Under the pieces are notes generated by a model, which was not told the DNA's origin, did no database searches, and was given only the letters and a program-made list of their open reading frames with translations. Of a stretch of DNA of 64,000 bases, positions 41,945 to 54,957 are shown piece by piece (within the stretch, counting starts at the first letter, position 1; each line of letters begins with the position of its first letter). The DNA is taken from the NCBI GenBank assembly GCA_951406725.2, contig OX597814.1, positions 160,270,001-160,334,000 on the forward strand, given 5' to 3'. The position numbers were made by a program, and so were the translations under genes. The DNA is from Octopus vulgaris (Eukaryota).

Positions 41945-43000
41945 AAGAGAACGTTTTGCGAGTAGAGAGGGAAATCAATAACAAATATTCACATCCCCAA
42001 GACGTGCCATGCGACCTTAAATGAACTGAGGATGCTACAGGTAAAATGCAACCAAGTGTGATCCGCTATATGGTCGGGTAATCAGTGATTACACTGGTCG
42101 CACCACCATATTTGCTTGATGAGAATAACGATTTTGGACGCAGAGTGTCCAAAATCGTTATGCAGGATATAAACAAGACCTTTCTGAAGGTACTTGAACT
42201 CATGGGAGTCAATGGCCATCTAATAGGTAGTAAATATGCACATTAAAAATCTGCGAGTACGGTTAGTGGTTTATTTCCATTTCATTCAGTTGAGGTTTGA
42301 AAGAAATAAGTAATCTTCATCTAAACACCCTCAGTGTTGGCAATCCAGTGAGGGTGGCTTGTGCAAGTAGCGACATCCCATCATGCTGGATTTCAAGCCA
42401 TGATGAAGAGTAAACATCTGAAGTGATGTTTTATGGCCTGGACATGTATCAAGTTAAAAGTACTGCAAATTTTCTTTAATGAGTTTGGCAATATCCTGTA
42501 TTCTCATACAAGCTCCGTTGTCTTGAATTTATCTTAACAGGGTGGGGAAAACATATTGTGAGAGAACAAGAGTGTGAGTTTGTTGTATGCGCAGCTCTTT
42601 CACACTTTAAAATACATTGCATCTGTGTCTAGCGAGTAAGTCAATGTGGTATAGCCCTCCAGATCAGGGTCGAATAGTCTTGTTGTCGTGGTTGGAGTAT
42701 TCCTCACATCTGCAACGATCAAATATCGCCACTTCCGTGGTTTAAGGCGTACGGAAGATGTAATATAGGCGAGATGAGTTTGCGGTTCCCTGTCCCCACT
42801 CCACGTGACTGCCGTCCCTTTTTGAAGTACTACGTAGTCAAGTACAGGTCTTCATTGATTGCTAATGGCTGAAATTTCTTGGAGCTACAGACGGTAGACC
42901 TGTCATTGTGGCGGTGGCAGTATCACACATTTGCCACAATGAAATATCACTACTTCCGTAGCTTCAGCCACAAGAAGGGTCAAAACAAAAACATAAACAA
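41945..43000 (-). mobile_element. Probable very degenerate Gypsy/Ty3 gag-pol remnant
   Basis: Reverse-strand fragments NSSRLYYI..WRYLI (compare SRLFYV..RFLVDTGA), DLLARH, IKHH and LGDVN occur in gag-PR-RT order. Weak, manual translation only. Confidence 0.4.
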
Positions 43001-43225
43001 AAACAGTTGTGACACACTACTCCCCTGTATGGACGTGTCCCCTGTTGAGGTGCTGCATGGTTGAAGTCGTTGTCTTCATTGAAAACCAGTGGACGGTCAT
43101 AATAACTTTAGGCAGCTTTTGTTTTCTTTATATTTCTTTTTCTCGTTCCTCTTTTCTTTCTTTATTCATTTATTTTGGTACTCAATAAGTCATCATCAGA
43201 TATGACTGACGAACTAGCACACACA

Positions 43226-43302
<77 letters not shown>

Positions 43303-43752
43303 GCACAGACACACACGCACATACACACACAGACACACACATACACAAACATAATCATATTTCATATAATCACATATTCATATAATCCATGTGCCAAGTT
43401 TTATCAATAAAGTGCAATACGAGGAGGGAAGTAAAATGTCTTTGGCGAAATTTTGGAGAACAAACTAACTGGGTTCTCTACTACTAAAACTAAATAAATA
43501 TAAAAAAACAAAAACAAATAAATAAATGACAAAAGGCTGGAAATATTCCCGGATGATTGCTATTTTAAAGTTAACATCGTTTATTAATCATACTGACATA
43601 CTGCATTCACAGTGAAATAGGTGGAATGTTTTGCAGTATTCGTTCCGTCACTGAATTCAAATCCATTTTTTGTGTCGATAAATATAGTTGCAGTTCATAT
43701 TAGGGCCAGTACCTGCCTCACCACATCTCCCTCTCTCTCTCTCCTACCTCCT

Positions 43753-43801
<49 letters not shown>

Positions 43802-44070
43802 CTACCTCACTTTAAAATTCAGTCAAATTCATAATGCTCATTATACGGGGTACATCGTGACTGCGTCCACTCCATTGCACCAGAAATTAAAGCCCCAAGC
43901 AAGGAAGGAAAGAGGAAATAATGCTCAAAAGTCAGATATTATACATCTGAAAATAAAATCCAGGTTTGCATATAGATACCCACAAAATAAATACGTATGT
44001 AAGCGTATATGTGTGCGTGCGCGTAGGTGTGCGTGCGTATTTGTTTATTCATAAGTATGTAGTATAAAGT

Positions 44071-44329
44071 GTGGAGGCGCGTGGCTTAGTGGTTAGGGTG
44101 TCAGCATCATGATCGTAAGATTGTGGTTTCGATTCCTGGACCGGGCGACGCGTTGTGTTCTTGAGCAAAACACTTCATTTCACGTTGCTCCAGTCCACTC
44201 GGCTGGCAAAAATGAGTTACGCTGCGATGGACTGGCGTTCCGTCCAGCTGGGGAACATACGCCATTGAAACCGGGAAACTGGGCCGATGAGCCTCGCTAG
44301 GCTTTAAAAGGGCCCATTTATTTATTTAT
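44071..44329 (+). mobile_element. Full-length tRNA-derived SINE family C with an 11-bp TSD
   Basis: A-box tggcttagtgg, B-box gtttcgattcc, tgcgatggactggcgttccgtccag (V-SINE-like words), (ATTT)n tail. TSD tagtataaagt at 44060-44070 and 44330-44340. Confidence 0.93.
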
Positions 44330-44491
44330 TAGTATAAAGTACTTCCAGTAGCCAAAAAACATCATTGCCAATATGCTATCTAACGTAAAATGGCAAGCAA
44401 CAACGACCAAACAACGTCAACAGCAAATGTATAGTGGAGGGCAAAGTCGAACAAAGGAACGCTTCCGTTTGGAGTGGCATATATCCAAGTA

Positions 44492-44584
<93 letters not shown>

Positions 44585-44674
44585 AATAACTTTAAGAGTG
44601 ATTAAATCGCACTGCTAACACATATAGGATAGAGTGTTGACTCATAAGCTTTTCATACATGTGGTAATATTAAG

Positions 44675-44870
44675 CGCTGCGAGCAAGTAGAATCGTTAGC
44701 ACGACGTTTCCTCAATCTTTTCGTTCTGCGTTCAAATTCCATCGAGGTTGACATTGTGGTACTTATATTATCTGGGGCAATAAAATAAGTAATAGTTATG
44801 CACTGGGGTCGATGTGATCGACCTATCCTCTCCCCAAAACTGCTGGCTTTGTGCCAAAATTTGAAACCAA
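44675..44870 (+). mobile_element. SINE family B, diverged
   Basis: agaatcgttagcacg...gttcaaattcc...cactggggtcgatgt...tgtgccaaaatttgaaacc. Confidence 0.8.
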
Positions 44871-44931
44871 CACACTTAGTTGCATATTATAGGTACATAA
44901 CGAAATATGGTGTTCCTATACACACACGTGT

Positions 44932-44975
<44 letters not shown>

Positions 44976-45285
44976 CGTTTATGTATTTGGTTTGCATATA
45001 TATATTTGTGTATTATGTGTGCATACACGCACACACGCGCACTCAAACTCACGTTGTGCAGACACTAGAACAGCATACAATTGTGCGGTTAGTCTCCAAC
45101 TGCTAGGTGTGGTTTTCCTTACTCTTAGAACTGTGTCAGATGACTGACAGTTATTTAATATTCACCGAAGACTACTGAAAATGAAAACATTCCTTTAAAA
45201 TCAACACCAAAAATTTTTTATATTATTTGCATACTTTATATTGCCTAATTTTATAACTAGCTATTTTACTATATATATATTTTGC

Positions 45286-45326
<41 letters not shown>

Positions 45327-45407
45327 TATATATGTATGTATATATATATATCTATATATATATATATAGATATAGGTATGTATGTATACATATATATATA
45401 CATATAT

Positions 45408-45474
<67 letters not shown>

Positions 45475-45572
45475 TAAATACACACACACATATATGTATG
45501 CATACATATACGTGTGTGTGTGTCTGTGCGTGTATGTGTGTGTATGTATGTATGCATGTATGTATATACCAG

Positions 45573-45810
45573 ATAGGCTTATGCACTCCCGATCGCTAGA
45601 TCGTGGGTTCGATTCCCGGACCGGACAGCGCGTTGTGTTCTTGAGCAAAACACTTCATTTCACGTTGCTCTGAGATTACTTGTCCCCCTGTACATGTAGT
45701 TCAGATTTGATGAAGGCAGTGAGATAATGTACAGCGTATGTATTTCATCAATATACAGGTATTCAGCAAAAGCTGATCATTCATGCATCGTCTTCGACGG
45801 GAGATAACAT
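45573..45810 (+). mobile_element. SINE sharing the family C head but with a different body
   Basis: gggttcgattcccggaccgg..gcgttgtgttcttgagcaaaacacttcatttcacgttgctc matches 44125-44190, then diverges. Confidence 0.75.
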
Positions 45811-45867
45811 CGTGTCGGGGTGACCAAAGCCTTGTGAATGGATTTGGTAGACGGAAACTGAAACATA

Positions 45868-46870
45868 TACAGACAGGCTATATGTACCAAGAAAAAGAGG
45901 GGGAAAAGGACTTATTGGATGCAAACACAGCAGAAGAGCAGAAGAAAACAACATAGCATAGTATGTAAAAAATGCCACAGAACCGCTATTATTAGAAGTA
46001 AGAAGGTCAGGCTTGTGTAGGATGAAAGATTGCAAAGATAAAGCACTGTACAAACAACTGAAAATGAAAGAAACTGAAAATAGGTGGGTAAAGAAAAGAA
46101 TGCATGGACAATTTCATAGAGATGTTGAAGATAAGACAGACAGAGCAAAAAGATGGCTGTGGATCACTAAAAGGGATTTAAAACCGGAAACGGAGGCTAT
46201 AATCTGTGCTGCCCAAGAGCAAGCACTAAGAACAAACTACATAAAATACAGAGTAGACAACACTTCAGAAAGTGATAAGTGCAGAATCTGTGGACAAAAT
46301 GGTGAAACCGTATGGCATATTACCAGTCAATGTACGCAACTAGCCCGGAAGGAATATAAGAGACGCCACAACAATATAGCCAGGCTTCCATTGGACACTT
46401 TGCTGACCAGAAACCCGAAGGCATCGTCAAAAATGATAATGCAAAGATCCTGTGGGATTTTATAATTCAGTGCGACCATGAGATAGAGAGTAGATAATTG
46501 AGAAAGAAAGCAAACTGTGCTGGATCATAGATATAGCATGCCCAGCTGACAACAAGGTATGCGATAAGGAAGAAAGAAAAGTTGATAGATATGACAGATT
46601 AGCTTGGGAAGTTAAGCAGTTGTGGTCGATGAAAAATGTGGTAGTAGTACTAATAATGAGCCCTGGGAGCAGTGAGTAAAAATCTTGAGAAGTACATGGA
46701 ACAAATAGGGGCTGCAATAATGGTGGAGCACTTGCAGAAAACAGCACTGCTTGGAACCGCTCGAATACTCCGGAAGGTGCTCGAAAAATAAGAGGTGTTA
46801 CCTTAGTTCACTGGTAGTGAATAGCTGACACCGTAGTACATCTCCAGCGTTAGAAGCTGTGCAAAGGCAA
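45868..46870 (+). mobile_element. 5'-truncated R4/Dong-type LINE (copy A) with (AAT)n tail
   Basis: TDRLYVPRKRGGKGL, MHGQF, LKPETEAIICAAQEQALRTN, CRIC..ETVWHITSQC, RRHNNIA, KILWDF, WIIDIACP, LQKTALLGTARILRKVLEK* (stop 46791). Has deletions and stops. Confidence 0.93.
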
Positions 46871-46872
46871 TG

Positions 46873-46947
<75 letters not shown>

Positions 46948-46954
46948 GTCAAAC

Positions 46955-47018
<64 letters not shown>
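46869..47018. repeat. (AAT)n array between two Dong-type LINEs
   Basis: Direct reading; interrupted by agtcaaac at ~46946. Confidence 0.95.
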
Positions 47019-48729
47019 GTCAAACAATTCAGTGACGACATCAGAATGCAATTCGGCCTCGATAAATGTGCAAAGGCTACCTTTATCAAAGGAAAAACGA
47101 CAGAAACATCTAAAGTTAACCTTGACCAACAGAATGTCATAAAAGAACTAGACCCAGCGGAGAGCTACAAGTACCTAGGGATAATTGAAGGGAACGGAAT
47201 AAGGCATTCAGAGATGAAGGAAAGGATCAGGAGAGAATGCTATCGAAGAGTGAGAGCAATACTCAAGACAGAGCTGAATGCAAGAAACAGGATCGAAGCA
47301 ATCAATGCATTAGCTATACCAGTCGTGACTTACAGTTTCAATATTGTTAACTGGTCAATTACTGAAATATGTCAGCTCGACAGAAAAATAAGGAAACTGT
47401 TGACAATGCATAGAATGCACCACCCTAAGGCAGATACAGAACGACTCTATCTGCCAAGAAAAAGGGAGGCCGTGGTCTTTTGCAACTGGCAATAACAATG
47501 AAGATTGCTACAATTGGCCTAGACACCTACCTGAAAAACTCTGAGGACTGGATGCTAAAACTTGTCTCAAAACATGAAAACAAGAAAGCATCATACTCAG
47601 TCACAAAACAGGCAAAGGAATATCTAAGTGAATTCCGAATACAACCAATTTCGGAGATAGATATACAAGAAACAAGCACAGAAAAAGCTAGGCGCATGAA
47701 AACCCGTGCCAAAACTGCGGCCTTAGATATTCTGAATAATAAATGGCAAGAAAAACCTCTCTATGGCAAATACCCAAAGAGAGCGAATAATGCAGATATC
47801 GACAAAGCCCTGACCCATCAATGGCTAATGGCCTCTGGCTTAAAATCTGAAACAGAGGGGTTTATCATAGCAGCTCAAGATCAATGCCTACCAACAAGAA
47901 ACTACCAGGCCAACATATTAAAGATCAGAAGCAGTCCAACGTGTCGTGTATGCAAGCAACAAAATGAAACCATTGACCATGTGGTCTCCAAGTGCAGTCT
48001 TCTAGCGCCTACAGAGTATCTCAACAGGCACGATAGAGCTGCACAATATATTCACTGGGTAATCTGTAAAAACCTGGATTTGCCCCATGAAAAAAACTGG
48101 TGGGAACACAAACCACCCCAGTGCTTGAAAATGACCACATCTCACTCCTCTGGAACTTCACCATTCAAACTGACAGGAAGATAGATGCAAATAGGCCAGA
48201 CATCATATTGAAAAACTTCAAACAAAGAACATGCCTCCTCATTGATATGACTGTCCCAATCGATATAAACGTATCTGTCAAGACCTACCAAAAACTGAGC
48301 AAATATAAAGATCTTGAAATAGAAATCAGCAAAATGTGGAAGCTGAAGACTAAAACAATACCTGTTGTCATAGGTGCCCTGGGAATGATAGCAAAAGGGG
48401 CTGATAGCTACCTAACTCAGATACCAGGAAACCCAAAAATGGCAGAAGTTCAAAAGATAGTGCTCATGGGAACTGCTCATATCCTACGCAAAATACTCTC
48501 TATGTAATCTCAAGGTTTAAAACAAACATAATTTTCGGTTTAAAAAAAAAAAAAAAAAAAAAATTTTTTTTTTTTTTTTTAGACATTCATTAGTACAACA
48601 TCCCCACCCCCCAAATATATGGCACACTAGGCATAACAACAACATGAACTTCCAACCCTGTTGTCTCTTGAGGTCTCTGGGTGAGACTTGGAGCCAACTT
48701 GTACAAATATAAAGCAAAAGTCAAACATA

Positions 48730-48762
<33 letters not shown>
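47018..48762 (+). mobile_element. 5'-truncated R4/Dong-type LINE (copy B): RT C-terminus, CCHC knuckle, restriction-like endonuclease, 3' UTR, (AAT)n tail
   Basis: ORFs 47046..47495, 47480..48184 and 48100..48507 join via two 1-bp frameshifts: FSDDIRMQFGLDKC, YKYLG, ERLYLPR(K.GGRGL), ETEGFIIAAQDQ, CRVC..ETIDHVVSKC, RHD, NRPDII..IDMTVP..KLSKY, IPVVIGALG. Confidence 0.96.
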
Positions 48763-48763
<1 letters not shown>

Positions 48764-49045
48764 CTATACATATATATGTATATATGTATGTGTGTCTGTA
48801 GTGTGTGTGTATGTGTGTATGCGGATTTACTTTTATAAAGCAATTTTGGGTGATAACATTAGTATTTATATTTCATATTGATGTGATTCTATTTTACTCG
48901 AGTGGACCCTCGTAGTCATTTGATGTTGAAAAAATCGTATTATACTTTTATGCTTAAATTTTATTAGGAATCGTATAAAAAATACTGTTAAAATATTTTT
49001 AGCAGTGTACGACAACTCCATCTAATTTACTTAACGTACATCTGT

Positions 49046-49441
49046 ATACTCTTTTACTTCTTTCAGTCATTTGACTGCGGCCATGCTGGAACACCGCCTT
49101 AGTCGAGAAAATCGACCCCAGGACTTATTCTTTGGAAGCCTAGTACTTATTCTATCGGCCTCTTTTGCCGAACCGCTAAGTTACGGGGGACATAAACACA
49201 CCAGCATCGGTTGTCAAGCGATGTTTGGGGGACAAATACAGACACACAAACATATACACACACATACATATATATATATATATGTACATATATACGACGG
49301 GCTTCTTTCAGTTTCCGTCTACCATATCCACTCACAAGGCTTTGGTCGGCCCGAGACTATAGTAGAAGACACTTGCCCAAGGTGCCACGCAGTGGGACTG
49401 AACCCAGAACCATGTGGTTGGTAAGCAAGCTACTTACCACA
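49046..49441 (-). mobile_element. SINE family A, well preserved, inside a decayed hAT-type MITE (~48880-49516)
   Basis: ctcttttactt..tttcagtcatttgactgcggccatgctgg...cgacgggcttctttcagtttccgtctacca...gtaagcaagctacttaccac. Flanks match the 26529 MITE (ttattaggaa..., ttgctcataaa). Confidence 0.92.
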
Positions 49442-49573
49442 TAACCAGTTTATTGCTCATAAATTTTTACAAAGAAATCTCTCATGGTGCCCCCAACTCC
49501 GTTTAAGAGCCAGTGAGTGTGTACATGATAGCTAGTGCTGTTTGCACATTAAGGGCCATCTATTCATCTAAAC

Positions 49574-49865
49574 CAGTGGTCCCAAAGTGGGTGATATTGT
49601 CCCCCTGGGAGTGTTGGAAAGTTCTAAGGGAACTTTGAAGGAAAGTTGGGTGATAATGGGGTAGCAATTCATGTAAAATGTGGGGCGATAATGGGGCAGT
49701 AATTCATGTAAAAGCAACAAAATAATGGGTTCATTAGTTTAAGTTTTATTTCTGAATTTGCTTCAGAAAGAGGTCTATGTTTGTGGCGGTTAGTTGCGGT
49801 GAGGCGCTAGGAATATGGCCCGGGTATCAAGCGGGTGGCAGCCTGAAAACGTTTGAGAACCACTT
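49574..49865. mobile_element. hAT/Charlie-type MITE
   Basis: Ends cagtggtcccaaa / tttgagaaccactt. 8-bp flanks atctaaac / ctctaaac (7/8). Confidence 0.75.
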
Positions 49866-50000
49866 CTCTAAACGCATACGAAAATCTTCAGACAAGGAAA
49901 GACACATTTTGGTTAATGTAGTCTTATAATGCAGACCTTCATATACACATATATATGCATATATACAGTTAAATGTGCGTGCGCGCGTCTGTATATACAT

Positions 50001-51055
50001 ATATACCTTTGTATGTACGTATATATATATATATATTCTATGTATATATATTGTATGTATATATGTACGTACAATGTATATGCGTTTATATGTGTGTCGG
50101 GGGTGACGTGTTTTAAGCCATACTTGTTTTAAGTTAAGATATAAAGTCTATCGAAATCTTTCTGCCGACTCGCTATGTCATGAAGGTGTAAACAAAACAA
50201 CACCGGTCGACAAGTGATGAGACGCAAACAATCCATTCCTACTAAGCCCATTTGGCTTCTTTCACCTTTCCTTTGCGTACCTGTCCTAATTTATACATAC
50301 ATACATACATACATACATACATACATACATACATACATACATACATACATACATACATAAATACATACATACATATATACTTGCATACATATATATATAA
50401 GCATTGATATATACGTGTATATATATGTCTGTATATATGTATGCACATATGCATATATATACACATACATAGTTATATATATATGAGAAAGAGAGGGAGA
50501 GCGAGAGAGAGACATGTACGTACGTACATACATACATACCTACATACATACACATACATATATGTTTGTATATATAAATAGGAATATGCAAATAAACACA
50601 ACACATATATATACATATATGTATACATATGTACGTGCGTGTGTGTGTGTGTAAATTCTCGTAATTCTGGTATATTTCTCACCCCGTTCATTTTTCGTTG
50701 GATATTTTCATTTTCAATTTACATTATTCTCACCTCAGCTCTCCCTCCCTCCCTCTCTCTCCCCTCTCACTCACTCTCTCTCTCCCTCACTCTCTCTCTC
50801 CCTCTCTCTCTTCCCTCTCTCTCTCTCCCTCTCTCTCAGCCTCACCTCATTCCTTCCAACACACTCCTCTTTTCTTCTATTGCCCCTTCTCCTATTTCCC
50901 TTTTTCATCTTTTCCTTCACCTTCATATTTTCTTGTTAATATCTTCGCCGCTGCTATCTTCCAAGTCTCCCTGCACCCTAATTAATACATAATTAGCTCA
51001 CATATTCGTGGAGAAATTTCTTGTAAATACCCGTTATCTCTTAAGCACATACACG

Positions 51056-51100
<45 letters not shown>

Positions 51101-51521
51101 ACACACACTCACACACACACACGCATGCACACACTCACCCACACACGCAAGCACGCACGCACACACACACATACTGATGCCACCCGGTTTAACCATACCA
51201 CGTGTTCCTTGAGTGATCTCTGATCTTTAACGCAGTTGACACTGCTCTTAACATTTTGAACATCTCACCCCGGTTTCCTCAAGTGCAACTTGAGCAGATC
51301 ATGCGCACTCCACCTCCGCACCTAACATTCTACAAATGTACCTTCTCCTCCCCGCCTCTCCCTCTTTATATATAAATATATACACATGCACATACATTCA
51401 CGCACATGTAGGAATTTATACATGCATGCATACATTAATGTTTGCTTTTATGTATTGTTATAAATAATAAACAAGAACTGCTACACATCACTTGAAGTGT
51501 CACTCAATACCTTAAGTAGAG

Positions 51522-51600
<79 letters not shown>

Positions 51601-52641
51601 ATGTACGTATATATATATATATATTCTATGTATATATATTGTATGTATATATGTACGTACAATGTATATGCGTTTATATGTGTGTCGGGGGTGACGTGTT
51701 TTAAGCCATACTTGTTTTAAGTTAAGATATAAAGTCTATCGAAATCTTTCTGCCGACTCGCTATGTCATGAAGGTGTAAACAAAACAACACCGGTCGACA
51801 AGTGATGAGACGCAAACAATCCATTCCTACTAAGCCCATTTGGCTTCTTTCACCTTTCCTTTGCGTACCTGTCCTAATTTATACATACATACATACATAC
51901 ATACATACATACATACATACATACATACATACATACATACATAAATACATACATACATACATACTTGCATACATATATATATATAAGCATTGATATATAC
52001 GTGTATATATATGTCTGTATATATGTATGCACATATGCATATATATACACATACATAGTTATATATATATGAGAAAGAGAGGGAGAGCGAGAGAGAGACA
52101 TGTACGTACGTACATACATACATACCTACATACATACACATACATATATGTTTGTATATATAAATAGGAATATGCAAATAAACACAACACATATATATAC
52201 ATATATGTATACATATGTACGTGCGTGTGTGTGTGTGTGTGTAAATTCTCGTAATTCTGGTATATTTCTCACCCCGTTCATTTTTCGTTGGATATTTTCA
52301 TTTTCAATTTACATTATTCTCACCTCAGCTCTCCCTCCCTCCCTCTCTCTCCCCTCTCACTCACTCTCTCTCTCCCTCACTCTCTCTCTCCCTCTCTCTC
52401 TTCCCTCTCTCTCTCTCCCTCTCTCTCAGCCTCACCTCATTCCTTCCAACACACTCCTCTTTTCTTCTATTGCCCCTTCTCCTATTTCCCTTTTTTCATC
52501 TTTTCCTTCACCTTCATATTTTCTTGTTAATATCTTCGCCGCTGCTATCTTCCAAGTCTCCCTGCACCCTAATTAATACATAATTAGCTCACATATTCGT
52601 GGAGAAATTTCTTGTAAATACCCGTTATCTCTTAAGCACAT

Positions 52642-52717
<76 letters not shown>

Positions 52718-53127
52718 ACACACACGCATGCACACACTCCCCCACACACGCAAGCACGCACGCACACACACACATACTGATGCCACCCGGTTTAACCATA
52801 CCACGTGTTCCTTGAGTGATCTCTGATCTTTAACGCAGTTGACACTGCTCTTAACATTTTGAACATCTCACCCCGGTTTCCTCAAGTGCAACTTGAGCAG
52901 ATCATGCGCACTCCACCTCCGCACCTAACATTCTACAAATGTACCTTCTCCTCCCCGCCTCTCCCTCTTTATATATAAATATATACACATGCACATACAT
53001 TCACGCACATGTAGGAATTTATACATGCATGCATACATTAATGTTTGCTTTTATGTATTGTTATAAATAATAAACAAGAACTGCTACACACCACTTGAAG
53101 TGTCACTCAATACCTTAAGTAGAGTAT
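50001..53127 (+). repeat. Near-identical direct tandem duplication (50001-51524 and 51589-53127) joined by (TA)n
   Basis: Unique segments such as gtcgggggtgacgtgttttaagcc and gatgccacccggtttaaccatacc recur at an offset of ~1.59-1.60 kb. Differences are mostly repeat lengths plus a few substitutions. Confidence 0.97.
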
Positions 53128-53135
53128 TACATATA

Positions 53136-53210
<75 letters not shown>

Positions 53211-53222
53211 ATATATAGATAT

Positions 53223-53273
<51 letters not shown>

Positions 53274-53391
53274 TATATACATATATATATGTATGTGTGT
53301 ATGTATGCATGTATGTATGTTTGTATGTATGTATGTATATATGCAAGTGTGTGTGTGTGTGCATGTATGTATGTGTGTGTTTGTGTGTATG

Positions 53392-53450
<59 letters not shown>

Positions 53451-53661
53451 CTGACAGTGATTTCGAATTTGCGGCTTAGTCATCATATATGCATATACAT
53501 GCATGCATACATACATACATACATACATACATACATACATACATACATACATACATACATACATACATACATACTTATGTACATATATATGTATGTATTG
53601 AAATACATAGTAATAACACTATAAATTATACCGACTAAATATTGGTTTAAAAATACCTTTG

Positions 53662-53856
<195 letters not shown>

Positions 53857-54532
53857 TATATGTGTTTCTCTTTCTCTGTCGCTCTCTCTCACTCTTTTCT
53901 TCCTTCCCTCTATTTCTGCTTCCTCCTATCTCTTCCTCCCTCGTTCTCTCTCTTGTTTTCACTGAATTGAAAATAGCTCAGCTGATCAACAATCCCTACG
54001 TTAAGAAGTACACACACACACATACCCCCACACATACATAAACACACACAGACATACACGTACATGCATACGCACATGCGCACACTTGACATTGCATACT
54101 TTCAATATATTTTTCTCCGTCTCCCTCGCTTGACGCAAAGGCTATAAATAAAATAACTAAAATAGCCAAAAACAAAAATAAAAACCTCAAAAAAAAAAAC
54201 AAGCTCACAACATTTTTCACAAACCGTCATCAGACTTCTGCACTTCGTTCTTACCATTTACGCTAATAATATTCTTGTTTGGTCTGCTGCTTTAAAAGCA
54301 AAGTCTCTTCTAACGTGAACACTTTCATGTACATCTTTGCATACAGGTAAACACGCATGTGTTAACAGTTATACGCCACAATGCCTAAACGACTGGCGAG
54401 TCTATGCGAACGAACAGTCAACGCTCCACTTGTCATTTAAGAGTTGGCGTCTCATGCTCCATCGGCGAGTATAAGTGATAGCGGATTTGAATAGCGCTAA
54501 TTGGGACGACGCATCCAATGGGAGTCCCCTTC

Positions 54533-54546
54533 GTATCCATAGCAAC
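54533..54546. promoter_or_regulatory. Candidate RFX X-box (GTATCCATAGCAAC) in a CpG-enriched unique segment
   Basis: Fits GTHNYY-AT-RRNAAC; CCAAT at ~54515 and CGCATGCG at ~54584. Motif match only. Confidence 0.3.
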
Positions 54547-54870
54547 TGCTTCAAAAATTTTCGTTGCATGTTTTTGCAGTCTTCGCATGCGTCATTTCAA
54601 TTCTTGAGTCTAATGATTTTGTCGGAAAATATTAAGGCATTTAAATAAAGTATTTAATCTCTTCGTCTTCCTATTTAAAGAAACATTGGATTTTACTCTG
54701 CGAGTAGTACATACGTGTGTCTGCAGAATGAGACAAGGCTAAGTAGACAGTGAGAGAAAGAGAGAGAGAGAAATAATGGGGGGGGGGAGAAACGGGCAGA
54801 CATACAGGGAGAAACTAAGGAAATTGAAATGCAAAGATTCATACGGGCACACATACATGTTTATGAATGC

Positions 54871-54957
<87 letters not shown>

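Noticed and set aside
44071-44145. tRNA gene
   Set aside because: A and B boxes are present but no complete cloverleaf forms; the sequence continues into a SINE body with tail and TSD. The same applies to the family A and B heads.
47046-48507. Host protein-coding gene or programmed frameshifting
   Set aside because: Motifs are those of an R4/Dong retrotransposon, 5'-truncated within the RT, and the breaks are single-base losses within conserved motifs.
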